A stretch of DNA of 64,000 nucleotides from Hyphochytrium catenoides (lineage: Eukaryota > Protista > Hyphochytriomycota), in contig FLMG01003876.1 of NCBI GenBank assembly GCA_900088475.1, positions 8,526 to 72,525 of the forward strand, given 5' to 3'. The position numbers and the translations under genes are program-made. The notes under the pieces are model-generated. The model was not told the DNA's origin. It ran no database searches and worked only from the letters and a program-made list of their open reading frames with translations. The first letter of the stretch is position 1. Each line of letters begins with the position of its first letter. Positions 25,268 through 36,000 of the stretch are shown in pieces.

Positions 25268-25620
25268 GCGCGCTCTTCCCCTCTAGTTCTCCCTCACCCT
25301 CTGTCTCTGTCTCTCTCTCTCTCTCACTTTCTCAGCAGTGTGCCACGGTTCTACTCGAACAATGTACTTGGTTCGTTTCTTGCCCGCTCTGTCTCAATCC
25401 TTCTCCTCTCACCTTCTGCTTTCAACCTCGGCATTCAGAAACACCAGCTGCCTCTTCCTTCCACTTGTTCCAAATCATATGCTTTTTCTCTCTCTTTGCT
25501 CTCTCGCGCTTTCACCCTGCTCTCTCTCTCGCCTCCCTCTCTCTCTCTCTCTCTCCCTCTCCCTCTCTCTCTGTGTATGTGTCACATCTCTATCGCTCTC
25601 TCTTTCTTTCGGTGTCTGCC
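24590..25620. repeat. Low-complexity block: (GA)n/purine-rich half followed by (CT)n/pyrimidine-rich half
   Basis: GA-rich from about 24590 to 25190 and CT-rich from about 25235 to 25620, with an abrupt switch near 25215. Confidence 0.9.
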
Positions 25621-26580
25621 TCGTACTAATGAACGCTGACTCTCTCGCTGCTTTGGGTTCTTCGGCTTCGAGGCTAAGCGTGAGAGCAATGGCAGCATCA
25701 GCATGAATTGAACAGAAGATGGTCCACTGCTTCCATTTATCTCTTCTTCTTCTCTCTTAGCACTCAACAGCCATCAACAACTAACTGTCCCTCCCTCCTC
25801 GGTGCTGGTCCAATAGACAGAGCGTCGGGGACAGGCCATTAGCCACCAGACCGGGGGGAAGTTAGACACATGATTCAGTGTCAACTGCCAGAGTCAGGCA
25901 GGGCACGTGCACGGAGAGTTGTCTGTTGACTAGAAACCTAAGCCTTACAAAGACTAGTGGGGTAAGTCAAGCTAGCTGTTGAGCCAATGGATGAGTAAGA
26001 GTTAGAGGAGGATGGGGGACAATGGAGTAGCAAGTCGCAGAGGAGAGAATAGAGAGAAAGAGAGAGAGAGACCATGGCTCTCTTGAATCCCCAGAACACG
26101 AGGATGTTCCTAGTCTATTAAAGGCTGTTGAGCTTACTTCTTGTCTGGGTTGCCTTAGCTGATGACGCTTATCGGCCGCTCATCCCAGCTCCTAGCTGAA
26201 GCATAAACTGGTCAGGTCCTTTGAGAGCAAACTCCTTTCCTTCTGCTGCTGTTGCCTCTTGACCTATTATTACAAAGAAACTTGGACTCAGTTCCCGTCA
26301 GCTGCTGCTACGTCAACGTCATCTTTCCTCGTCCCTTGTGATCATTGACTCCTCTTCTTTTACCGCAGCAGGGTCGCTGTCTTCCTCTCGTGCTGCTCAT
26401 TCCTCCGTTCCGCTGTTCACCATTTTAAACCCCTTCGGCTTCTCAGCTAATCATCCCAGAGAAAGAGCTGAAAGCTTACCTGTCACGCAATCCGCATCTG
26501 GGTCTCTGTCGCTGATCACCGCTCACAACAGAAAGAGCGGTCTTCTACTCATATCCTTTGTCAATAGAAGCCTGTCAAGG

Positions 26581-29500
26581 ATGAGAAGAGGCAAAAAGGT
26601 TGTCACTTGTCCTCCCGCAAGAGGGCTCGAGGACTCGCCAATCGTGTCAAGTCAAAGGCACCTTTTTCTACCGATTATTATCCTTGCTTGTGCCTGTTTC
26701 TCTTATGTCCCTGGTGTCGCTGCCATCTCGCCCTACTTCGGGACCAATACCTGTGGCGCCACCACGACCATCAAGTTTGCCCAGTCTTCTGATCAATCTG
26801 GCGCGCTCTCAGCCATTGGTATTGGCATGCGCTTAGGCATCGAAGCAGCATTCAAGGAAGTGAATAACTCTGGCGGCGTCAGAGGTCTCTACTTCCAGTT
26901 AGACTCCAAGGACGATGTCTACAATCCCGTTAACGCGAGCAAGAACGCCATGACTTTTACCAATCAAAGTGACGTCTTTGGGATGATTGGCTGGGTCGGC
27001 ACAGCTAACGCTGAGGCTTCTCTGCCCGTCATTCTGCCCACTGGGATGCCCTTCATTGGCGTGTTTAGTGGAGGGAACCAAGTCCTGCGTGAGCCTTATA
27101 ATAGACAGATTGTCAACTTCAGGCCCTCGTATTTGGACGAGACGGCAACCATGGTCGAGTACCTGATAAATGTTAGGAGGTTCTCCCGCATAGCCGTCCT
27201 CATGCAAAATGACTCCTTTGGAGAAGCTTGCAAAGAGGGCGTCCGGCTCGCACTGGAGTCCAACAATCTTCGTATCCATAGCGAGGGTCGGTATGCACCG
27301 AGAACAACGGCGATAGAGCCTGCTCTGAAGATCATTACGGAGTCTGAGGTGATGCCGGAGGCTGTTATCGTGGCAGGAATTGCGGATCCTAGCGCATACT
27401 TTATCCAGCAAGCGAGCAAGGTTCTCCCAAGAGAGACTATCTACATGGTGCCATCCGTCGTTGCTCAAGCTTTCGTGGATATTCTGATGAAAGCCCCTGC
27501 AGACAGTCGTCCTGTGATGGAGAATATCATCGTCACGCAAGTCGTTCCCTTGCCTTATAACACTTCCTTGCCGATCGTCTCTCGATACCAAGCCGCTCTC
27601 CGTCTAGTCAACTCCACCATTCCGTTTGACTTTTCCTCTCTAGAAGGCTACCTCGTCGGAAGGATGGCAATCGATATCGTTCGTAGGCTAGGGACCAATT
27701 ATTTTACTCGGGAGATGTTTCTTGAAGCCGCTTATGACTCGGGATCTTTCAACTTTGATGGGCTTCGCTGTGGGCCCCTGCTGCCAAAAGAAGTCAAAGA
27801 AGGATGCAATGTTTGCATGAGAACCGTCGCAATGACGACGATCTCTCCTCAAGGCACTTATCAACAACTGCTCGATCAGCCTGACTTGCGCTTTGAGACC
27901 TGCGGCTACCGAGCCAAGGTCTGGACCTTCTTGAAGTTTGGCCAGTCTGCGGCAATGAAAGGCTCACGCTCCAGCATTCCTGTATCCTTCAATGCAGGTA
28001 TCCGCGCCGCTTTTCAGGATGTGAATGACCGCGGAGGACTTCTTGGCATTAAGCTTGACATTGTTGCGAAGGATGACAAGGACGATCCCACCATTGCCCG
28101 GCAGAACATCCGTGAATTTGCTAATGATTCTTCCATTCTAGCCATTGTAGGCTCTTCGCTCTTATCATCTCAGCTTTCTAAAGAGGCACTTTTGGCAGCT
28201 AAAGAGGTGGGCTTGCCCTTCGTGGGTTCTCCTTCAGGCGGCCTCTCTCTACGGAGCCCATTTGACCGTCACGCCATCAACTTTCGGGCCTCGTACTTTG
28301 ACGAGGCAATGGCGATGATAACCTTCCTCTACAAAGTGGAGAACATCACAAGGGTCTCAGCTGTCTTTTCAGATGACAGTTTAGCCTTAGAAGGCAGAGA
28401 CCTGGTGGCTGCTGCATTATCTTCAAAGAGACTGACTCTCTACACTGAATATAGCTTCAGTTCGCAACCTGCGGACATCCCGACAGCCATAGCTGGGCTG
28501 GAAGGCGGTGAGGGAGCACCGCAGGCAGTGGTAATGATTGGTCCAGTGCAACTTCTCGGGTCTTTCGTTAAGCAAGCAAAAGCGAAGTGGAAAGAAAATG
28601 TCTGGTACTTGGCATTCTCCTCAGTCAACGCAGAAGAATTTGCTCAGACCTTAGCTCTGGGACTGCCTGGCAGCTCAGAGAGTGAGCCATTGATTTCTCA
28701 GAATGTCCTCATCGCTCAGGTTGTCCCACTGCCCACGGATACTAATCTTAAGGCCGTTCGGTCCTTCCAAGGAGCTATGCGACGATTAGACAAGGCTGCA
28801 CCACTAAACTCTGCAGCGTTTGAAGGCTACTTGACTGCTTCCATGCTCATTAACGCCCTACAACGCTTAGGCGGAGAATTCAACCGTCCTGAGAAGCTCC
28901 TGGATGCCTTCTATGACTCTGGATCCTTCTCTATGGAAGGCGTACACTGTGGGCCCTTGCTGTCAGAGACTGGCGCTGATGGTGCAGGAGGCGAAGGCGG
29001 CGGCTGTAACCAGTGCATGAAGAAGGTTTGGTTAGCCGCTGTGGACCAGAATGGGTCTTTATACTTTAATCCAAAAGGAGAACACTCCTTCGAAGCTTCT
29101 TGTGGATCTCCTGTCGTTCCTAATGCGGACTTCAAGCTCGGAAGCGCCCGATTGGCCGTGGTGGTTGTCGCTGCATTCCAGGTCTTCCTCACTTTAGTGC
29201 TGATGGCTCTTCTTTGCTACCATCGGCACTACATCCTCATTCGGGGCAGCTTCCGCTTCAGCTTGGTTACGTGTCTAGGCGGAGTCCTGTGCTATAGCGT
29301 GATCTTTGCTATGTATCCAATCCCTACCGACGCTGTCTGCCTTGCTCAGCCCTGGATTGGACACCTATCGTTCTGCTTTATCTTTGGTCCTCTCTTCGCG
29401 AAAACGAGGCGTGTAGCAATGATCTTTACTAACAAGAAGCTGTCCAGAGTCCTCATCACAGATGCACAGGTGATGGGGTTCTTCGCGGGTATTCTGCTCT

Positions 29501-30087
29501 TCTACCTGCTCCACCTCTGTATTTGGACAGGTTTAGATCCTCCCAGAATGGTGGAGGCCATAACTTCAGAGCAAACTCCTCATCGCTACGAAGACTGCGC
29601 CTCCACTTACAGTTGGGGCCCATGGGGAATCGTGGTGGTTGAAGGTCTTATGCTTCTATGGGGCTGTCTGCTATGCTTCAGGGTCCAAGGGGTCAATGGC
29701 AAGTTTCAAAGGTTCAATGAGAGTCGGCAAATTGGCTTTGCAATCTATAACACGAGCTTCTTAGGCGCTTTGCTCATCTTTCTCACGTTCATCGACTTCC
29801 ATCCGAACGATGACTTCATCCTGACATCTACATTCATCATGATGAACACCACCGTGGTCCTCGTGGTGCTATTCGGAAAGCCTGTGTATTTTGCCGTCAC
29901 AGGTGTCTCCATCACGGAAGCGCAACTCGCTGGAACTTCCGCTACGACCGGCCAGACTGAGGGAAGTGCCAACAACAATGCCAGCAAGAAAGAGGGGGCC
30001 ACGGCTCCCAAGGCTTGGAGTGCTCGGGACAAGAATCCGAAGCCGTCGGCGTCCGTTCAGCCCGTAGACCAAATCGCTCACCAGTAG
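26581..30087 (+). CDS. Class C (GABA-B-like, 7tm_3) G-protein-coupled receptor with two tandem type-I periplasmic-binding (Venus flytrap) domains; intronless
   Basis: A signal-like segment LFLPIIILACACFSYVPGVAA is followed by two homologous domains (IKFAQS..GIEAAFKEVNNSGGVRG..KDD and LKFGQS..GIRAAFQDVNDRGGLLG..KDD; NFRPSYLDE and NFRASYFDE; LEGYL and FEGYL). Seven hydrophobic helices follow, with class C motifs CLAQPW, FGPLFAKTRRV and FNESRQIGFAIYN. ATG is at 26581; the ORF track extends upstream from a GTG. Confidence 0.9.
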   Translation: MRRGKKVVTCPPARGLEDSPIVSSQRHLFLPIIILACACFSYVPGVAAISPYFGTNTCGATTTIKFAQSSDQSGALSAIGIGMRLGIEAAFKEVNNSGGVRGLYFQLDSKDDVYNPVNASKNAMTFTNQSDVFGMIGWVGTANAEASLPVILPTGMPFIGVFSGGNQVLREPYNRQIVNFRPSYLDETATMVEYLINVRRFSRIAVLMQNDSFGEACKEGVRLALESNNLRIHSEGRYAPRTTAIEPALKIITESEVMPEAVIVAGIADPSAYFIQQASKVLPRETIYMVPSVVAQAFVDILMKAPADSRPVMENIIVTQVVPLPYNTSLPIVSRYQAALRLVNSTIPFDFSSLEGYLVGRMAIDIVRRLGTNYFTREMFLEAAYDSGSFNFDGLRCGPLLPKEVKEGCNVCMRTVAMTTISPQGTYQQLLDQPDLRFETCGYRAKVWTFLKFGQSAAMKGSRSSIPVSFNAGIRAAFQDVNDRGGLLGIKLDIVAKDDKDDPTIARQNIREFANDSSILAIVGSSLLSSQLSKEALLAAKEVGLPFVGSPSGGLSLRSPFDRHAINFRASYFDEAMAMITFLYKVENITRVSAVFSDDSLALEGRDLVAAALSSKRLTLYTEYSFSSQPADIPTAIAGLEGGEGAPQAVVMIGPVQLLGSFVKQAKAKWKENVWYLAFSSVNAEEFAQTLALGLPGSSESEPLISQNVLIAQVVPLPTDTNLKAVRSFQGAMRRLDKAAPLNSAAFEGYLTASMLINALQRLGGEFNRPEKLLDAFYDSGSFSMEGVHCGPLLSETGADGAGGEGGGCNQCMKKVWLAAVDQNGSLYFNPKGEHSFEASCGSPVVPNADFKLGSARLAVVVVAAFQVFLTLVLMALLCYHRHYILIRGSFRFSLVTCLGGVLCYSVIFAMYPIPTDAVCLAQPWIGHLSFCFIFGPLFAKTRRVAMIFTNKKLSRVLITDAQVMGFFAGILLFYLLHLCIWTGLDPPRMVEAITSEQTPHRYEDCASTYSWGPWGIVVVEGLMLLWGCLLCFRVQGVNGKFQRFNESRQIGFAIYNTSFLGALLIFLTFIDFHPNDDFILTSTFIMMNTTVVLVVLFGKPVYFAVTGVSITEAQLAGTSATTGQTEGSANNNASKKEGATAPKAWSARDKNPKPSASVQPVDQIAHQ

Positions 30088-30399
30088 GCTTTGAGGCACT
30101 GGTTTAGGACGCATGTACTTCCTCATTGGTCGACATCATCGCTCTTAAACACGCAGCGTTCATCCTTTATTTTGTTAACCACTAAGGTCTTTATTTTTTC
30201 CCTTTCTCTGACAAGTACTGGCACTCACTGACCCGAGAAACGCGAGGTTTGGAGACAACATCCACCAGTACTGAGAGCTGGGTCGTCCCTTGGGGCGGAG
30301 ACATATTTATACACATCTATTACCTAGACCAGCATCGTTAGTACGTTGCCTGTGACTACTCAGTAGTTCGGCGCTCTATCCTTCATCCTCCGAAATGTC

Positions 30400-31790
30400 A
30401 ACAGCTTCGGATGTCTTGACCTTCATAGCGGCCTTAAGGGCCTTGACGGTTAGAAATCCATTCACCGCTGAGCACTGGAGGACGCATCACCTCTCATCTT
30501 GTCTTCTGGTTGTAGACCATTCGCCATAGTTTCCGTCACAGCCCTCCTCTTCTCTGCGCATCTCGAGCCACCACAGCCTCCAAGTGCCCGAAGTACGCTG
30601 CCATTTCTTTTGCTGCCGATATGCAGCCTTTATCTCGGTTCTCATGCAGCCGCCGGACGATTTGTAAGTGTCCAATAGCTGCTGCCTCATTCGTTGCACT
30701 AGTGCTACAGCTATTGATGGTCATGTAAGAACTTCACTACTTTCAGATGACAGCGGGTAGCCGCCAAGTCTATAGTTCTAGATGAGCACAACTCTGGATA
30801 ATTCTCGAGAAGGTATTGGACAACCTCAAGATGGCCGTTGAGGGCAGCACTATCGATGGCTTGTCTGGTACAGCCCGCCGAGCGCTTTTCATGGAGAAAG
30901 CATAGAACCTCCAAATGGCCTCCTTCGGCTGCGCCGTCCATCGCCTGAACCGTGCATTCCCTCCCTTGCAAATGGAGCCATCTGACGACTTCTAGATATC
31001 CATTTCCAGCTGCGTACTCCATAGCACTGGCACCTCCTCGTATCCCTTGGCGATCAAGCCACTTCAAGATGTTAGGTGCCTCGCTCCTGCGGAAGCCGCC
31101 CAGCGCGGAAAGAGCCCGTCTCGGGCACTATGTCCAGGAGTTGAGGCATTTTGAGGTGGCCGCTCGCTGCGGCTAAGCCGATTGCTTCTTCAGTAGCCGT
31201 GAGTTCCAGCAGCCATCTTATGGTGTCAATATGTCCATGCCTTGCGGCTGCTACCATCGCTTTCTCAGTGCCGGTTCCCCCTGGTAAGGTTGGGCACTTA
31301 GATATCCAGCCGTCCTAAGTTTGCCGCCAGATCATAGTGCTCTACTTACCCCTTTAGCTGTGGCGCCTATTCTACGGAGGAGCCTGAAGAGAGGCAAGAC
31401 TCTGTTATAAAGAGCCCAATCTAGAGCATCGGGAGGATCTTTATCGGGCCCTTTCCAGCTGGCCCCTTAAGAGACGGTAGAAATGCCGATTGACTCCTCG
31501 CTTCCAGGCGTCCCTTGAAGTCCGCCTGCTGGGAGGCATAATCTAGTGCCTGGCCATTCTGTGAGCGTTATCTAAGTTATACAAGAGCCATCTGAACACC
31601 TCCTCTTGCCCTGTGTAGGCAGCTAAGCCAAGGGTCGTGCTGTCCACGCACAGGTTCTTCTTCACTGGATATAGAGGTGTCCCTGCAGGATAGCGGCCTT
31701 GCCGTCGCGCCACCTCGTAAACGTTGGCATGTATCTAGGAGTTAATGGTAGCCCACATATCCATGTTATTTAGCACTTTGTAAGGCGCTT
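30400..31790 (-). pseudogene. Disrupted ankyrin-repeat gene (AMDGAA..GHLEVV type)
   Basis: Ankyrin units AAARHGHIDTIRWL, AMEYAAGNGYLEVVRWL, AMDGAAEGGHLEVL, AIDSAALNGHLEVVQYL and EAAAIGHLQIVRRL are split over ORFs 31072-31257, 30711-31067 and 30536-30724 in different frames, with no room for introns. Further remnants (LAAYTGQEEVFRWL, WRDGKAAILQGHL) extend to about 31790. The ends are approximate. Confidence 0.8.
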
Positions 31791-33022
31791 GAAAGAGGCA
31801 AGAGGAAGAAAACAGATTTAGATCACATGCTCGTGGGGTTCCACGAGGTTGAGGATCCACAGGAACGCACCCTTCGTTGCGCTTCATATGCCGAAACGCT
31901 GAGGTCTTCGCCAGACCGTTTTTCTTTCTTCTTCCTCTTCGTTTACGATGCGCTATCCTCGTTCTCTTGTTCAAAGGGGACATTTGCGGGAGGCGATTTC
32001 AGCCTTCCAACTACATTTATTATGAGATCTAAAGATGGAACTGTTTGAGAGAAAGGTATTTGGAAGACCCTGCCCTAAGTGCGGCTAGGTAGGCAGTACG
32101 CGCGACGCAAAGTAGAGTCTTTCTTCTCTCCTTTTTCAAGTAGATCTGGGAGCTTAAGGGGCCATACTGCGGCTCGACCTGTCTCGAGCACCTTCTCTAT
32201 TCAGGAACCAGGCCAGCATGGTACTCAAAGCACCCTGCCAAAGCATCCTGCCCTTTCCTCGATGAGCTAGAACCAACTTGTCAGACCTATGGCGCTTACT
32301 AAGCAGCCAAAGGTTGAGAACGAGGATATTGAGAGAGGAAAGACAGAGACGAGAGAGAGAGAGAGAGAGAAAGAGAGGGAAAGATGGAAGGAGGAACGAG
32401 AGAGAAAGGGCAGGGTGCCGGTAGCCTGGAGCTAATGAAGCTCGGCTCAGAAGGTTGAAGATCTCTTCTGTTGATTGTCCTGCCGCTAAAGGACAGCGCT
32501 TCCGTCACCGCCGCAACTCTCCCACAATCTCATCCATAAGGGTAATAAAGGTTACATAGGTCAACAGTGGCGTCCACTTCAGACTAAAGAATACTACTGA
32601 CCTCATTCAACAAAGGTATCATGGGTCTTTGGTACCCATTTATGGGTAACCTGGGACTACCGTTAGCGGTCAATCGGGTAACGCCCTTCATAGCTGGTGA
32701 CACGAGGAAGGGAAGCTTCTCCAGTGCTGGCGCTGGCGCTGCGGCTGCTTGATGGAGGCCGCGGATGCTTCCTAGCGCAAGCTGATCGCAGCTCTGGGAG
32801 CCTGAAGCAGGCAGCAGGACAGAAGGAGAGCAAGTCGTCAACCTCGGTCAGGGTCACAAAGAAGCAGATGTAGATGAAGCAAAGAGCTGTCCCAATGAGA
32901 TCACATCAGCAGGTAGACAGCTGTAAGACGAAGTGCGGAGATGTGTTCTCTTTCCTGCCGTGCCAGAGTCTACCGACAAGGCTTGCCGGACCTTGATGTG
33001 TCGTTAGTCTTTGGGATTTAGG

Positions 33023-36000
33023 ATGGCTGACCAAGCTGAAGACAGGGCAGCTGGGATGGCTGAAGTTCAGACCGAGCTTCAGACCGCGGAGACCGTGCTC
33101 AGCTACCTCGCGGCTGTGTATGGCGAGCGTGTTGATGCCGAAATACCTCTGCATCTCATCCAAAACTGCCGCGAAAAGGTGGCGCAGATGTCGAGTGTTT
33201 CTACTGCTGGAGCTTACTCTAGTCCCAAGGTGATAACTGAGCTTCTTGAGAACTTGTCCGGTGCCATGGACTACGCACTCGACCATCCTGTAGACCTGTA
33301 CAAGTCTCTGGAGCTGGACCGGTGCTTCAAGTTAGGGTCTTCTGGAGAGACGAGCGAAGACGAAGGAAAGGATGTTAACATTGCTTATCTGGGAAGGGAA
33401 GATCTTCTTAGCTCCTTCGCTGAGACGAAGAGCTCTGAAATCATTGACTTACTGCTCGAACGGTGCTCCATGGTGAGAAGCCTGTTGGACCAATTAAAGA
33501 CGGTAAGACGACGTCCATAAAGATGCGCCCGCGAGGTGGTGGCAAGAGCCTCATGACGTATTCTGCAGGAATGGCGCGCCACTAAAGAAAAAGAGCCTGT
33601 TCTACAGCTCTTATCAAGCTCCAAGCTCACTTCCCTCTCAGAAGAGCTGTATACAGCCTCAGAAGGGATCAAAGAGATTATTCAACGGCTTCTTCTCTCG
33701 TCAGTCTCTCTCCTGGAGGAAGGCAAAGACGTTTTAGCCGTTGCAGGAGATGCACACGGACTAGGTTGGGACGGTGCTATGGCTTCCGCTTCTACTTCTG
33801 AGGAGTCCCACTCGCCGCCAAACCAAAACAAGCTTCAGAATAAGCAAAGTATGAGTGAAGAAGATAGAAAGCTTGAGAGGGAGGAGCCTTCTTCGGTTAG
33901 AGTAAGTGAGGATGCTAACAAATTAGAGGAACAATCACCCGCTGACGTCCTCTCCTCATTGGTTTCTATGTCTTCCGCCGAACTATGTCAGCATACTCCA
34001 TCAAGAATGGCTGAAGAAGCGCATGCGCAAGTGAGCTTGGTAACGTCAGACATCGAAACAGTAGAGCATGAGGAAGTCACAGCTGAAGCTGGTGGCGCAG
34101 CAAAAGGAGCAGGAGACGAAGACGGATTGAGAGGCGCCGAAGTAAGGCATGCAGATGACGCAGTATCACCTTCTATCTCACCCGGCGAACACCTCCAAGA
34201 GGACGATATTGGCGGCATAGCCAACGTACTAGGAACCTCTTCTGCGATTGTTGATGCTGTCACTCTAGGTGACGAGGCGCAAAAAGATCAAACTCAGCAT
34301 TCAAAGGAAGATAACCTACTGCCATCGCAAAACTCTCTGGCGGTCTTTAGCATGCCCGATGGCAGAGAACCCGAAGAGAGGCAGGCAGAACAGATAGAGG
34401 GGAAACGGGACGTTTTGGCCGCTTCTTTCCTTCCCGCCTCTCGGTCTCCGATGGCGGTGGAGCAGTCAGTCTTGCTGCTGGAGAAGCAGATCTCTGAGGA
34501 AGTAGCGGCAGAGACGGTAGAGCACATTTTCTCAGAGGCTGGGGCTAGCCAGAGTGGAGTATGTGAGAAGATGAAGGAGGCAACGGAACAAAGTCATCAA
34601 GGAGAACATGATCAAGGTTTCCCACCAATCCAAGTCCAAGGCATAGCGCCAAATAACAGGTGCGAGAGCTCCGTATCAGGGGACACGGATGAGCCAACAC
34701 CCTCTCCCGACGAGCAGCTGGATGTCCAAGAGGATAAGAGCCGAACGGGTGAGGGGAACCCGAATGCAGCAGGTATGGAAGAGGGACAGCGCGTGCTCGT
34801 CAGCGCCAAGGGAGAGAAGGCGTCCTCTGCTGCCGAGTCTGAAAGGATTGACGTGGAGGTGGAAAGCCCGGCTTCCAACACAATTGAAGCTTCCGTGAGG
34901 CCGACAGTCAACGCCAAGGCTGTAGAAGACAGTAGATCCCAGACCACACATGACCCAGTACTCTCGACTAGCTCAAGCCTGGAGACCAAGAAAGTGATAT
35001 GTTTACCAGAGAATTTATCAGAGAGCACTGTGGAGATGCCCGGCACTCACTCTGGCTACGCGGCTGCTCTTACGGACCACAGTGTGTCTCTAGTCCTTAC
35101 CTCTAGAGAGGTTAATATTGCCCTCTCGAGCCAGAAAGAGGAGATGTCAACCTTAGCAGAAGATACTGATAAACCGGCACTTGAACGAAAGGAGCAGACC
35201 CTCCCGATGACAAATTGCGAGTCTGGAAAAGAGCAAAGAGGAGGAGAGGCAGATGAGAAAGGCTCAGTTCGCCATAGCCCAACACTGACTTCTGAGACAA
35301 GAGAAGAGTCAGGCTCCACCAGCACCAAGGATCACTCTACGATACCCATTGAGATACAGACAAAAGTTGGGAAAGAACCGACGATAGCTCTCGTGGGCAT
35401 CACTGAGTCACTCGCAACTCGAGCAGAGACAGTGAAAGCAAGCAGCTCTCTACCTAGCTCATTTGTGTCCTCGCAGAGTGGTGGCGCGGATAAGCCCTCT
35501 CCCACTTTGACTCTTTCTTTGCAGGACAAAGATTGCATGCCATCTTTAGCTGTGTCGACTGCCTATAACTCCTCCTCGCCCAAAAACCTCCCAGGTCCTC
35601 AGCCCAAAGCTGCAGGGACGCAACCCGCTGTCCCAGCTGGAGCCGAGGCTGTCTCCACCGAGGTTTTCTCCCTTGTTGAGGAGCTCAAAAGAAAGGAAGA
35701 GGAGGACCAGAAGCGGAAGAAAAGACAAGAAGAAGAAGCTCTGCGACGCAAGAAGCAGAAGGAGGAAGAGGAAAAAGAGAATCAGCGACGTCAAGAGGAA
35801 GCCAAAAAGCAGGCTGAGGAAGAGGCGGCAGCTGCGGCAGAAAGAGAGCGTCTGGCTTTGGAAGAAAAGAAGGCAAAGGAGGAAGAAGTACTGCGCCAGC
35901 TCGAGGAAGAAAAGAGAGAGAGGCTCCGAGAAGAGGAGGAGCACCTCAGAAACTTACAGCAGCAGTTGGACGCCCAAATCGCTGCGGAAAGTCTTATCGG

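Noticed and set aside
23936-25706. Several 100-200 aa ORFs on both strands
   Set aside because: They are products of GA/CT low complexity (SLSLSL, RERERE) with no coding signal.
26338-26580. 81-aa N-terminal extension of the GPCR ORF
   Set aside because: It begins at a GTG in CT-rich UTR-like sequence. The ATG at 26581 places the signal-like segment near the N-terminus.
30536-31257. Stop-codon reassignment or programmed frameshifting as an explanation for the broken ankyrin gene
   Set aside because: All three stops terminate intact genes in the window, and the breaks are irregular frame changes, so ordinary decay is simpler.
33500-33570. Apparent in-frame stop splitting ORFs 33011-33520 and 33779-36130
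   Set aside because: The stop lies in a GTAAGA...CTGCAG intron.
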